Part shown: piece by piece, positions 22,829 through 31,794 of the stretch
Layout: every line of letters begins with the position of its first letter
Position numbering within the stretch: the stretch's first letter is position 1
NCBI GenBank assembly: GCA_051306435.1
Contig: JBPPNF010000052.1
Coordinates: 92,921-156,920, forward strand
Direction: 5' to 3'
DNA length: 64,000 nt
Source of the DNA: Solirubrobacterales bacterium
GTDB taxonomy: Bacteria > Actinomycetota > Thermoleophilia > Solirubrobacterales > JACPNS01
Position numbers and translations under genes: made by a program
Notes under the pieces: model-generated
Seen by the model: the letters and a program-made list of their open reading frames with translations, nothing else
Told to the model about the DNA's origin: nothing
The model's database searches: none

Positions 22829-23605
22829 CGGCACGATCAGTTGCGTGACGCTCGTCGCCGCGCCCTGACGGTCGGCTTCGATCAGCACGCCCATCAGATG
22901 TTCATCGCCGCTGGCGCTGTCAAAGCGTTGCGGCATCCCGGTGCGCAGCTTGGTGATGATCGCCTCCTTGACGACACCGATCACCCCCGCGCGCGAGCCG
23001 GTCATGCCGACGTCGGTGCAGTAGGCAGTGCCGCCTGGAAGCACGCGGGCGTCGGCGGTCGGGACGTGGGTGTGGGTGCCGACGACAGCGGTCACGCGGC
23101 CGTCGAGAAACCATCCCATCGTCACCTTCTCGCTGGTCAGTTCGGCGTGGAAGTCGACGAGCACGAGGTCTGCGTCTTTGCCGATCTCGCGCACCAGCCG
23201 GTCGGCGACGTCGTAGGGATTGCCGTCGTTGTCGAGGCCGAACTGCCCGATCAGGTTGATCACGCCCAGGCGCAGGCTGCCGCCCGTCGCCTCGACCACG
23301 ACCGAACCCTTGCCGGGGTTGCTCACGTGCTGATTGGCGCAGCGGATGATCGGCTTCCCGGAGTCGAGGTAGCCGTAAACCTCGCGGTGCCGATAGGTGT
23401 GATTGCCGAGCGTGATCACGTCGACGCCGAGCGCGAAGATCTCGTCCGCGGTCTTCGGCGTGATGCCCATCCCGCCGGCGACGTTCTCGCTGTTGACGAC
23501 GACGAAGTCCGGCTGATGTTCTTCGCGCAGCTGAGGCAGCAGCGTGGCCAACGTGCGACGGCCGGGTTCGGCGACGACATCGCCGATGAAAAGGATCTTG
23601 GGCAT
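22808..23605 (-). CDS. ymdB: YmdB-like metallophosphoesterase (TIGR00282 type)
   Basis: MPKILFIGDVVAEPGRR...VVVNSENVAGGMGIT...TLGNHTY...DFHAE...GTHTHVPTAD. Confidence 0.88.
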   Translation of the reverse strand: MPKILFIGDVVAEPGRRTLATLLPQLREEHQPDFVVVNSENVAGGMGITPKTADEIFALGVDVITLGNHTYRHREVYGYLDSGKPIIRCANQHVSNPGKGSVVVEATGGSLRLGVINLIGQFGLDNDGNPYDVADRLVREIGKDADLVLVDFHAELTSEKVTMGWFLDGRVTAVVGTHTHVPTADARVLPGGTAYCTDVGMTGSRAGVIGVVKEAIITKLRTGMPQRFDSASGDEHLMGVLIEADRQGAATSVTQLIVPLAPAVE

Positions 23606-23645
23606 GGCGCGAGTCTACGGCCGCCGGGCCTTAGACTCTTCGCCC

Positions 23646-24356
23646 ATGCCGGTCCTTGAAGGCCGCGACCTCGTCAAGCTCTACGACGACCGCGCGGCGC
23701 TCAGCGGAGTTTCTTTTTCAGTCGACGCGGGGGAGAGCGTCGCGATCGCCGGGCCCAACGGGGCCGGCAAGACGACCCTGCTCGGAATGCTCGCCGGCGT
23801 CACCACGCCCGACTCGGGCTCGGTCGAGCTGCCGAAGGGAAAGCTCGGCTGGGTCCCGCAGCGCGCGGCGACCTACGGCAAGCTCACCGTGCGCGAGAAC
23901 CTCGAGCTCTTCGCGCGGCTGGAGAAGGTGCCGGATGTCTTTGCCGCGGCGACGCGGATGATGGATCGCATCGAACTCGCCCACCGCGCTTCTGACCGTG
24001 CCGAGGATCTCTCCGGAGGCATGCGTCAACGGCTCTCGATCGGCATGGGCCTGATCGCCGGCCCGGCGGTCCTGCTGCTCGACGAACCCTCGGCAGCGCT
24101 CGACCCGCTGCAGCGGGAACGCCTCTGGGAGCTTCTCGGATCACTTGCGGATTCGGGAATCGGAATCGTCTTCTCGACGCACTCGGCCGGCGAGGTCGAG
24201 GGCCATGCCGACCGCGTGATCATCCTCGACGGCGGGCGCCTGCTCTACGACGGCAAGCCCGCGGACATCGGCCCCGGCGCGCACTTCGAGCTCGCCTTCA
24301 TCAACTTCCTGCGCGCCAAGCGCGCCCACGTCTCAGTCGGCGGCGACGCGCAGTGA
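23646..24356 (+). CDS. ABC transporter ATP-binding protein
   Basis: Walker A GPNGAGKTTL, signature LSGGMRQRL and Walker B LLLDEP. The ATG at 23646 avoids overlap with ymdB. Confidence 0.92.
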   Translation: MPVLEGRDLVKLYDDRAALSGVSFSVDAGESVAIAGPNGAGKTTLLGMLAGVTTPDSGSVELPKGKLGWVPQRAATYGKLTVRENLELFARLEKVPDVFAAATRMMDRIELAHRASDRAEDLSGGMRQRLSIGMGLIAGPAVLLLDEPSAALDPLQRERLWELLGSLADSGIGIVFSTHSAGEVEGHADRVIILDGGRLLYDGKPADIGPGAHFELAFINFLRAKRAHVSVGGDAQ

Positions 24357-25696
24357 AACGCCTCGGCTACCTGCTCGGCAAGGACCTGCGCCTGCTCAAA
24401 CGCACGCCGACGATCGTCGTTCTGCTGATGCTGTACCCGGCGCTCGTCGCGGTGCTCGTCGGCCTTGCCGTCGGCCGGCCGCCGACCAAGCCGCGCGTCG
24501 CGATCGTCAACCAGGTGCCCGAGAGCCAGCGGGACATCCGCATCGGCGGCAAGGAGTTCGACCTCGACAGGCTGACCAGGGCGCTCTACGAAAACGTCGA
24601 CGGCTACAACGTCAAGAACCCCGAAGCCGCGCTCGAAGAGGTCAAGTCCGGCGACGCGGTCGCCGCCGTGATCATTCCGGAGGACATCGTCGATCAGCTC
24701 GAGTCCTCGAACAGTCAGGGCACGATCGAGGCGATCTTCGACTCCACCGATCCGACGCGCAAGGCGTACGTGGAGAACACGATCAAGGGCCTGCTCGTCG
24801 ACACCAACAACGAGCTGACCAACCGATTCACCGACGTCTCACTCGACTACATCAACATCATCGTCAACGGCGGTGAAATCACTTTCGGCGGGCGAACGCG
24901 CGACATCGCGGGCCTCGCCAACGGGGCCGATCTGATCAAGGACGTCCTGCCCTACGTGCCCCCGGAGCAGCGCAGGGACCTCCAGGAGTTCGCCGGGCTC
25001 TCCGAAGGCGCGAAGCAGGGAGCGAACTTCGCCAAGTCACTGCTGCGCCGCGTCGGCCAGCCGATCAAGCTTCAGAACAGGCCGGTCGGCACCAACTCTT
25101 CGCTCTCTTCGCTCGCGGTCGCGGTGGCCGTCGCCGTCTCGGCGATGTTCGTCGCTCTGCTGCTCGGCGCCGGCATGTTGGCCTATGAACAGGAGGACCA
25201 GATGCTCACCCGCCTGCTCCGGGGCCTTGCTCCGCGATCGACGATCGTGATTGAAAAAACACTTCTGGCGGGCATCTGCGCGCTGATTGTCGGAACGGTC
25301 ATGGTGCTGGCCTTCGGCGCCTTCGTGGACATCCGCTGGGAACGCGTCCATTACTGGTGGCCGGCGATCGTCGTCGCGTCGCTCTCGTTCGGCGCGGCCG
25401 GCGTGATGGTCGGTGCTGCGAGCGGCGACGTCCGCGCAGCATCGCTCGCCTCGTTCATGATCGGGCTGCCGCTGACGGCCGCGGCGCTTGTTCCGAAGGG
25501 CGCGGTCTCCGACGGCCTCTACAGCGTGCTGCAGGTGATCAACTCAATCTTCCCCTTCAAGCCGTCGCTCGATTTCCTGCGCGCCGGCCTCTCGCCGGGC
25601 TTTGACGGGCTGGTGCCGGGGATCCACCTGGCCGTGCTGATCGTGGCTTACTGCCTGATTGCGTCCTTTGCAATAAAGCGCCGCGCGTCGATCTGA
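24353..25696 (+). CDS. ABC-2 type transporter permease
   Basis: GTGA overlap with the ATPase gene. An N-terminal TM segment is followed by a large extracytoplasmic domain and a C-terminal block of ~5 TM segments. Confidence 0.85.
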   Translation: MKRLGYLLGKDLRLLKRTPTIVVLLMLYPALVAVLVGLAVGRPPTKPRVAIVNQVPESQRDIRIGGKEFDLDRLTRALYENVDGYNVKNPEAALEEVKSGDAVAAVIIPEDIVDQLESSNSQGTIEAIFDSTDPTRKAYVENTIKGLLVDTNNELTNRFTDVSLDYINIIVNGGEITFGGRTRDIAGLANGADLIKDVLPYVPPEQRRDLQEFAGLSEGAKQGANFAKSLLRRVGQPIKLQNRPVGTNSSLSSLAVAVAVAVSAMFVALLLGAGMLAYEQEDQMLTRLLRGLAPRSTIVIEKTLLAGICALIVGTVMVLAFGAFVDIRWERVHYWWPAIVVASLSFGAAGVMVGAASGDVRAASLASFMIGLPLTAAALVPKGAVSDGLYSVLQVINSIFPFKPSLDFLRAGLSPGFDGLVPGIHLAVLIVAYCLIASFAIKRRASI

Positions 25697-25724
25697 TTCT
25701 CGCCGCGGCGGGTACAGTCAAAAC

Positions 25725-26717
25725 ATGGCATTTCCAGCCACAAGGATGCGTCGGCTGCGCACGACCCGTTCGATCCGCGAGCTCGTGCGCGAGAACGAAG
25801 TCGGCCCGGCAAACCTGATCGCGCCGTACTTCATCGTGCCGGGCACGGGAAAGCGCGAGCCGATCGACTCGATGCCGGGCATCGACCGACTGAGCGTCGA
25901 TCTGATGGCTCAGGAAGCGATCGAGCTCCAGGAGCTCGGACTCGCCGGCGTTCTGCTCTTCGGGTTGCCCGAAGAAAAGGACGAGGTCGGCAGCAGCGCA
26001 TGGGACCCTGACGGCCCGGTGCAACTCGCGGTCCAGGCGATCAGATCCGCCGCGCCGGAGCTGACAGTCGTCACCGACGTCTGCATGTGCGAGTACACCA
26101 GCCACGGTCACTGCGGCGTGATCGGACCGAGTGGCGACGTCGACAACGACGAGACGCTTGACCTGCTGGCGCGCACCGCGATCTCGCACGCCGCCGCCGG
26201 AGCAGACGCCGTTGCGCCGAGCGACATGATGGACGGCCGGGTCGGCGCACTGCGCACCGCGCTCGACGAGGAGGATTTCACCGACACGGCGATCATCGCC
26301 TACAGCGCGAAGTTCGCGAGCGCCTTCTACGGCCCGTTCCGCGACGCCGCGGATTCGGCCCCGCAGCCCGACGGACATATCAAGGAAGACCGCCGCGGAT
26401 ACCAGATGGATCCCGCCAACGCGCGCGAGGCAGTGCGCGAGGCGATGCTCGATGTCGAAGAAGGCGCGGACATCGTGATGGTCAAGCCGGGCCTTCCCTA
26501 CCTTGACATCGTGCGCCAGGTGCGCGACGCTGTACCCACGCCGGTAGCTGTCTACAACGTCAGCGGCGAGTATTCGATGATCAAGGCCGCAGTCGCCAGC
26601 GGCTACCTTGATGAGCGGTCCGCCGTCGCCGAATCGCTGCTTTCCATGCGCCGCGCCGGGGCGGACATCATCTTCACCTACCACGCCAAGGAATTTGCGC
26701 AATGGCAGAAGCAGTGA
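25725..26717 (+). CDS. hemB: porphobilinogen synthase (delta-aminolevulinate dehydratase)
   Basis: RMRRLRTTRSIRELVRE, DVCMCEYTSHGHCG, and the active-site region VMVKPGLPYLDI. Confidence 0.95.
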   Translation: MAFPATRMRRLRTTRSIRELVRENEVGPANLIAPYFIVPGTGKREPIDSMPGIDRLSVDLMAQEAIELQELGLAGVLLFGLPEEKDEVGSSAWDPDGPVQLAVQAIRSAAPELTVVTDVCMCEYTSHGHCGVIGPSGDVDNDETLDLLARTAISHAAAGADAVAPSDMMDGRVGALRTALDEEDFTDTAIIAYSAKFASAFYGPFRDAADSAPQPDGHIKEDRRGYQMDPANAREAVREAMLDVEEGADIVMVKPGLPYLDIVRQVRDAVPTPVAVYNVSGEYSMIKAAVASGYLDERSAVAESLLSMRRAGADIIFTYHAKEFAQWQKQ

Positions 26718-27823
26718 AAACCCCGCAGGACGGGATCAAGCCGATCGGCGAAGGACGCAACCAGCCGAAGCTGCGCTCACGCGAGGGCGGCGCCGCCGTT
26801 CCGCTGGACGAGCGCGACAAGCAGCTCCTGAACCTGCTTCAGAGCAGCTTCCCGCTCGAGCCGTATCCCTACGACTCTGTCGCCGAGGAGATGGGCGCTG
26901 AACTCGACTGGGTGCTCGAGCGCACGCAGCAGCTGCTCGATGACCGCATCATCCGCGAGATCACGCCGATCTTCGACACCCGCGCGCTCGGCTACGAGTC
27001 GATGCTCGTCGCGGCAAGCGTCGACGCCGAGTATCCCCACCGCGCCGCCGAAGTGATCAACGCGCATCCGGGAGTCAGCCACAACTACCTGCGCAATCAC
27101 GAGTTCAATCTCTGGTTCACGATCGCCACGCCGCCGGACTCAAAGCTTGGCCTGCAGGGCACGCTCGACGTGCTCGCCCGCGAAGCCGGCGCGACCAGCG
27201 TCCGCTCGCTCCCGACGCTTCGCCTGTTCAAGATCAACATGAACCTCGAGATGGAGAAGGGCACCGAAGCCCTCGCGGCCCCGGGCGGCGAATCCAGGGA
27301 GCGACCGATCGACGCGCTCACGCTGACCGAGATGGACTACGCCGTGATCAAGCACCTTCAGGGCGCGCTGCCGGTTCAGCGCGAGGTCTACAAGCCGGCC
27401 GCCGATGCGATCGGCATCACGGTGGATGAGCTGCTGCTCCACTGCCGCGACATGGTCGACCGCGGCCTGCTGCGCCGCGTCGCCGGAATCCTCTTCCACC
27501 GTCGCGCCGGCTTCTCGGCCAACGGCATGGGCGTATGGAAAGTCCCCGAGGAGGACATCGCCACGATCGGTCCGCAGATGGCGACCTTCCGCGGAATCTC
27601 CCACTGTTACCAGCGCCCGACCTACGAGGACTGGCCCTACTCCGTTTTCACGATGGCGCACGGCCGCTCGAAGGAAGAGTGCGACCAGATCCTCGACCAG
27701 ATCGCCGAAGAGACGGGCATCGACGAACGCGCGACGCTCTACTCCTCGACTGAGTACAAGAAGATCCGCCTGCGTTACTTCACTCCTGATTACGCAGAGT
27801 GGGAAGCCAAGCACGGCGTGTGA
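26702..27823 (+). CDS. fused AsnC-like siroheme decarboxylase (AhbA/AhbB or NirDL/GH type)
   Basis: Two tandem halves end in ..HPGVSHNYLRNHEFNLWFT.. and ..FRGISHCYQRPTYEDWPYSVFTMAHG.., the hallmark of AhbA/B-NirD/L/G/H proteins. Confidence 0.75.
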   Translation: MAEAVKTPQDGIKPIGEGRNQPKLRSREGGAAVPLDERDKQLLNLLQSSFPLEPYPYDSVAEEMGAELDWVLERTQQLLDDRIIREITPIFDTRALGYESMLVAASVDAEYPHRAAEVINAHPGVSHNYLRNHEFNLWFTIATPPDSKLGLQGTLDVLAREAGATSVRSLPTLRLFKINMNLEMEKGTEALAAPGGESRERPIDALTLTEMDYAVIKHLQGALPVQREVYKPAADAIGITVDELLLHCRDMVDRGLLRRVAGILFHRRAGFSANGMGVWKVPEEDIATIGPQMATFRGISHCYQRPTYEDWPYSVFTMAHGRSKEECDQILDQIAEETGIDERATLYSSTEYKKIRLRYFTPDYAEWEAKHGV

Positions 27824-29094
27824 CCCGGTCGGATGAGCTCTACGCCCGGGCGCTGAAGGTGCTGCCCGGCGGCGTCAACTCGCCGGTGCGCGCGATGCGC
27901 TCGATCGGTCGCGATCCGCTTTTCATCGCCAGGGCTTCTGGAGCCGAGATCGTCGACGTCGACGGCAGGTCCTACACCGACTACGTCTGCTCCTGGGGTC
28001 CGATGATCCTCGGACACGCCGACCGCGATGTCGTCGCGGCGATCGAGGGCGCGACCGAACTCGGCACGTCCTACGGAGCACCCACCGAAGTCGAGGTCGA
28101 GCTGGCTGAAGCGATCGCCGCGCGCGTCCCCGGCATCGAAATGGTGCGCATGACCTCCTCGGGTACGGAGGCCGGAATGTCTGTGCTTCGCCTGGCCCGC
28201 GCAGCGACCGGCCGCGAGAAGATCCTCAAATTCGCCGGCGCCTACCACGGCCACAGCGACAGCCTGCTCGTCGATGCGGGCTCCGGCCTTGCGACGCTTG
28301 CGGTTCCCGGCAGCCCCGGTGTGACGACCGGTTCTTCCAAGGACACGATCGTCGTGCCCTGGAATGACGCCGCCGCCGTGACCGCCGCCTGCGCCGAGTA
28401 CGAGTTTGCCGCGATCATCGCCGAGCCGTGCCCGGCGAACATGGGCCTGGTTCCGCCGGCGCAGGGATTTCTACAACTCCTCCGCGACCAGGCCGACGCC
28501 AACGGCGCGCTCCTGATCTTTGACGAAGTGATCAGCGGCTTCCGCGTCGCGCGTGGCGGCTACCAGGAGCTTGCCGGCGTCACTCCCGATCTCACGATGC
28601 TGGGCAAGATCGTCGGCGGCGGCCTCCCGGCGGCCGCATATGCGGGGCGACGCGACCTGATGGAGATGATCTCTCCCTCCGGCGACGTCTACCAGGCGGG
28701 CACGCTCTCGGGCAATCCGCTGGCGATGACCGCGGGCCTCGCGACGCTCGCCAAGCTCGACGCCCGGGCCTACTCCGTGCTTGCGTTGCGCACTCAGGAC
28801 CTCGCGAAGGAACTTGCCGGCGCGGCCGCAGACGCCGGCGTCGAAGTCTCGGTCGTCAGCGAATGCGGACTGCTCACGGTCTTCTTCGCGGGTGCGGCGC
28901 CGACGGACTACGAGTCGGCCAAGAACTGTGATCTCGAAACGCACGCCGCATGGTGCCGCGCGCTGCTCGACCGCGGGATCTACGCGCCGCCCTCGCAGTT
29001 CGAGGCGTGGTTCCCATCACTGGTCCACGATGACGCCACGACCGAGCGCACGGTCGAAGCTGCGCGAGATGCCTTCAGGGCAGTTGCCGCATGA
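27820..29094 (+). CDS. hemL: glutamate-1-semialdehyde 2,1-aminomutase
   Basis: LPGGVNSPVRAM, and GKIVGGGLPAAAYAG with the PLP lysine. GTG 27820 gives a GTGA overlap with the upstream stop. Confidence 0.95.
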   Translation: MTRSDELYARALKVLPGGVNSPVRAMRSIGRDPLFIARASGAEIVDVDGRSYTDYVCSWGPMILGHADRDVVAAIEGATELGTSYGAPTEVEVELAEAIAARVPGIEMVRMTSSGTEAGMSVLRLARAATGREKILKFAGAYHGHSDSLLVDAGSGLATLAVPGSPGVTTGSSKDTIVVPWNDAAAVTAACAEYEFAAIIAEPCPANMGLVPPAQGFLQLLRDQADANGALLIFDEVISGFRVARGGYQELAGVTPDLTMLGKIVGGGLPAAAYAGRRDLMEMISPSGDVYQAGTLSGNPLAMTAGLATLAKLDARAYSVLALRTQDLAKELAGAAADAGVEVSVVSECGLLTVFFAGAAPTDYESAKNCDLETHAAWCRALLDRGIYAPPSQFEAWFPSLVHDDATTERTVEAARDAFRAVAA

Positions 29095-29474
29095 GCGCCC
29101 AGACTGAATCCTCTGGCCTGCTCCCGACCGAGCGGCTGATCGCCGATTGCCGGAACGACGTGCCTGCGGGCGACGTCGAGGCCGCGCCAACGCTGCGCAT
29201 CGCGGCCGCGGAGGTCGTGCGCGAGGGCTACCTGCTGCACTACACGGAGTCGCGCTGGTACGCGATCCCGGATCGCGACCTGGCCCTGCTCGCGGGCGAC
29301 CGCATGTATGCCGCCGGACTCGCTGCGCTCGCGGCCGAAGGCGACACGGCGGCGGTCAGCGCTCTGGCCGCGCTCATCGCAGGTTGTGCGGAAGCTCACG
29401 CAGTCGGTGAGAGCGCACGCGCAGGCGAATTGTGGGAGTCCACTTTGGCTATGCTTGCGCCCGGTTCGGACTGA
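29091..29474 (+). CDS. hypothetical protein with a degenerate polyprenyl-synthase-like segment
   Basis: ATGA overlap with the hemL stop. 127 aa; the segment LALLAGDRMYAAGLAALA resembles trans-prenyltransferase helices, but no DDxxD motif is present. Confidence 0.5.
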   Translation: MSAQTESSGLLPTERLIADCRNDVPAGDVEAAPTLRIAAAEVVREGYLLHYTESRWYAIPDRDLALLAGDRMYAAGLAALAAEGDTAAVSALAALIAGCAEAHAVGESARAGELWESTLAMLAPGSD

Positions 29475-29509
29475 TCCATCCTTGATCTGATCCGCGCCAA
29501 TTCTCCTTA

Positions 29510-30205
29510 TTGATGCCCCCGGAATCCGACACACAGACCACGCCGTCGAAAGCGACGCCGGCCGAGGCGGCCAAGCCGCCGAAGTCAAAGTTCACCGCTG
29601 ATCGCGGTTGGCCCGGTGCGTTCGAAGGCGAAACGGTCACGCGCCGCTCGTTCATGACCGGTGTCGCCCTGACCGCGGGCGGCGTCGCCTCGGCGATGTT
29701 CGCGCTTCCGGCGCTCGGCTTCGCGCTCGGGCCGCTCTTCGAGAAGACCAACCACATTCCGCTGCTGGACGTCGGCTCAGTCGACGACTTCACCGCCGAC
29801 ACCTTCACCCCGCAGGTCGTCACCACGACGGCCGGTATCGGCGAGGTCGGCAAGACGCTCGTCTACATCCGCAAGAACGACAACCCGACGCCCGAGCAGA
29901 GCTGGCCCTACGTCGCGATCTCCAACCGCTGCGCCCACCTCGGCTGCCCGGTCCGCTACATCGAGGCCGCCAAGTCATTCATCTGTCCCTGCCACGGCGG
30001 TACCTACGGCTTCGAAGGCGAAGTGACCGGTGGACCGCCGGTCCGGCCGCTCGACCGCTTCGAGACCTACGTGCAGGGAGGCCGCGTCATGATCGGTGCC
30101 CGCTTCTCCGTCAACTCGCAGCTCGAGCGCGTTCCCACCCGCGACCCCGGTGCCCACGTCGACGGTTTCTGGCAGGTCCTCTACCCGCCGCGCCCGACCA
30201 CCTAG
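29510..30205 (+). CDS. qcrA: menaquinol-cytochrome c reductase Rieske iron-sulfur subunit
   Basis: Tat-like signal RRSFMTG. Rieske boxes CAHLGCP and CPCHGG. The start is TTG 29510 or ATG 29513. Confidence 0.9.
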   Translation: MMPPESDTQTTPSKATPAEAAKPPKSKFTADRGWPGAFEGETVTRRSFMTGVALTAGGVASAMFALPALGFALGPLFEKTNHIPLLDVGSVDDFTADTFTPQVVTTTAGIGEVGKTLVYIRKNDNPTPEQSWPYVAISNRCAHLGCPVRYIEAAKSFICPCHGGTYGFEGEVTGGPPVRPLDRFETYVQGGRVMIGARFSVNSQLERVPTRDPGAHVDGFWQVLYPPRPTT

Positions 30206-30226
30206 TCGCCCGCCACCAATGTTCAG

Positions 30227-31060
30227 ATGCCCAAACTAAGCAACCCGCTCAAGAAGAACGTCTCGGACCTGCCGAAGCCGCCGATGCCGCCGCTTCCGCC
30301 GAGCCTCCGCCCGAACCCGAAACCGGGTCCGAAGGAAGAGGTCACGGTCGGAGAGGCCGCAGCCGCGGGCGGAACGAGCGTCGTCGCCTGGATCGACGAG
30401 CGCACGAGCGGCTCGGGATTCCTGCGCGGCTTCCTTTTCCGCAAGGTCCCCAAGGGCACCAACTGGTGGTACACGCTCGGCTCGGCGACGATGTTCGCCT
30501 TCATCGCCCAGGCCTTCACCGGAGTCTTCCTGGCGATGTATTACACGCCCAGCCCGACCGAGGCCTACGAGTCGGTGCGTCACATCAACAACGACGTCTT
30601 CCTCGGAGAGTTTGTCCACGGCATGCACAAGTGGGGCGCCACGGTCATGACGATCCTCGTCTTCGTGCACATGGCCCGCACATTCGTCTTCGGTGCCTAC
30701 AAGTACCCACGTGAGCTCAACTGGATCATCGGAGTGCTGCTCCTGATGATGACGATGATGATGGGCTTCACCGGCTACCTGCTGCCTTTCGACCAGCGCT
30801 CCTTCTGGGCCACGGTCGTCGGCGTGAACCTCAACGGAACCGGCCCCGTGATCGGCCCGTACCTCGCAGACTTCCTGCGCGCAGGCTCGGACTTCACCGC
30901 CACAACGCTTTCACGTTTCTACGCGATCCACATGATGCTCGTTCCGGGTCTGATCGGCGCGCTGATCGGCGCCCACATCTACCTGGTCGCAAAGCTCGGC
31001 ACCTCGGCTCCGCCGTGGAAGCAGGCCGACCTGCCGCCGAACGACGAGAAGCGGGTCTGA
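30227..31060 (+). CDS. qcrB: cytochrome b (b6-like N-terminal half)
   Basis: Contains WYTLGSATMFAFIAQAFTGVFLAMYY and HKWGATVM..FVHM, carrying the heme-ligand histidines. There are four TM helices. Confidence 0.9.
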   Translation: MPKLSNPLKKNVSDLPKPPMPPLPPSLRPNPKPGPKEEVTVGEAAAAGGTSVVAWIDERTSGSGFLRGFLFRKVPKGTNWWYTLGSATMFAFIAQAFTGVFLAMYYTPSPTEAYESVRHINNDVFLGEFVHGMHKWGATVMTILVFVHMARTFVFGAYKYPRELNWIIGVLLLMMTMMMGFTGYLLPFDQRSFWATVVGVNLNGTGPVIGPYLADFLRAGSDFTATTLSRFYAIHMMLVPGLIGALIGAHIYLVAKLGTSAPPWKQADLPPNDEKRV

Positions 31061-31064
31061 TCAG

Positions 31065-31766
31065 ATGGACGCACGCGAAAAGGAGCGATACCTCCGCGAA
31101 TACAGCGCCCTGAAGGCCAAGGGCAAGCCGTTCTTCCCGTACGCGGTGGGCAAGGACAGCATGATGGCCGTGATCGTCCTGATCGTGATCATCTTCATGT
31201 CGCTGATCCTCGGCGCCGAGCTCGGCCCGAAGGCCGACCCGACCACCACCTCTTACGTGCCGCGTCCGGAGTGGTACTTCTTCTTCCTCTTCGAGTTGCT
31301 GCGCGTGATCAAGCCGCCGGAGCTCGTCTTCGTCGCAACGCTTGGTATCCCGAACATCGCGATCGCGCTGCTGATTCTTCTGCCGTTCTACGATCGTGGT
31401 CCCGAGCGTCGCCCCGAGCGTCGCCCGATCGCCATGACCTGCATGGTGCTCACGATCGTCGCGATGACCTACCTAACGCTTCTCGGTTCACTCGCCGGAT
31501 CGCCGACCGAGATCGACATGGAGGTCCCTGAGCGGTACGTCTACGGCAAGGAAGTTGCCGCCAACGCCGGCTGCCTCGGCTGCCACAAGTTCGGCGAGAA
31601 CGGCAACGACGGCCCCGGTCCGAACCTCACCACGATCGGCGCCCGGCTTCCCAAGCAGGCGATTGAGCGCACTCTGAACAACCCGACTGCGCCGATGCCG
31701 AGCTTCCAGAGCATGCCCGAGGACCAGAAGACGGCGCTCGTCAACTTCCTCGGCCAGTTGCGCTGA
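31065..31766 (+). CDS. qcrC: cytochrome b subunit-IV-like domain fused to a monoheme cytochrome c
   Basis: The N-terminal part has PEWYFFFLFELLR and three TM helices. The C-terminal part has CLGCH and the PMPSF Met ligand region. This is the Bacillus QcrC layout. Confidence 0.85.
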   Translation: MDAREKERYLREYSALKAKGKPFFPYAVGKDSMMAVIVLIVIIFMSLILGAELGPKADPTTTSYVPRPEWYFFFLFELLRVIKPPELVFVATLGIPNIAIALLILLPFYDRGPERRPERRPIAMTCMVLTIVAMTYLTLLGSLAGSPTEIDMEVPERYVYGKEVAANAGCLGCHKFGENGNDGPGPNLTTIGARLPKQAIERTLNNPTAPMPSFQSMPEDQKTALVNFLGQLR

Positions 31767-31794
31767 CCGGCGCTTGTCCTCTAGTCTCCAGGCC

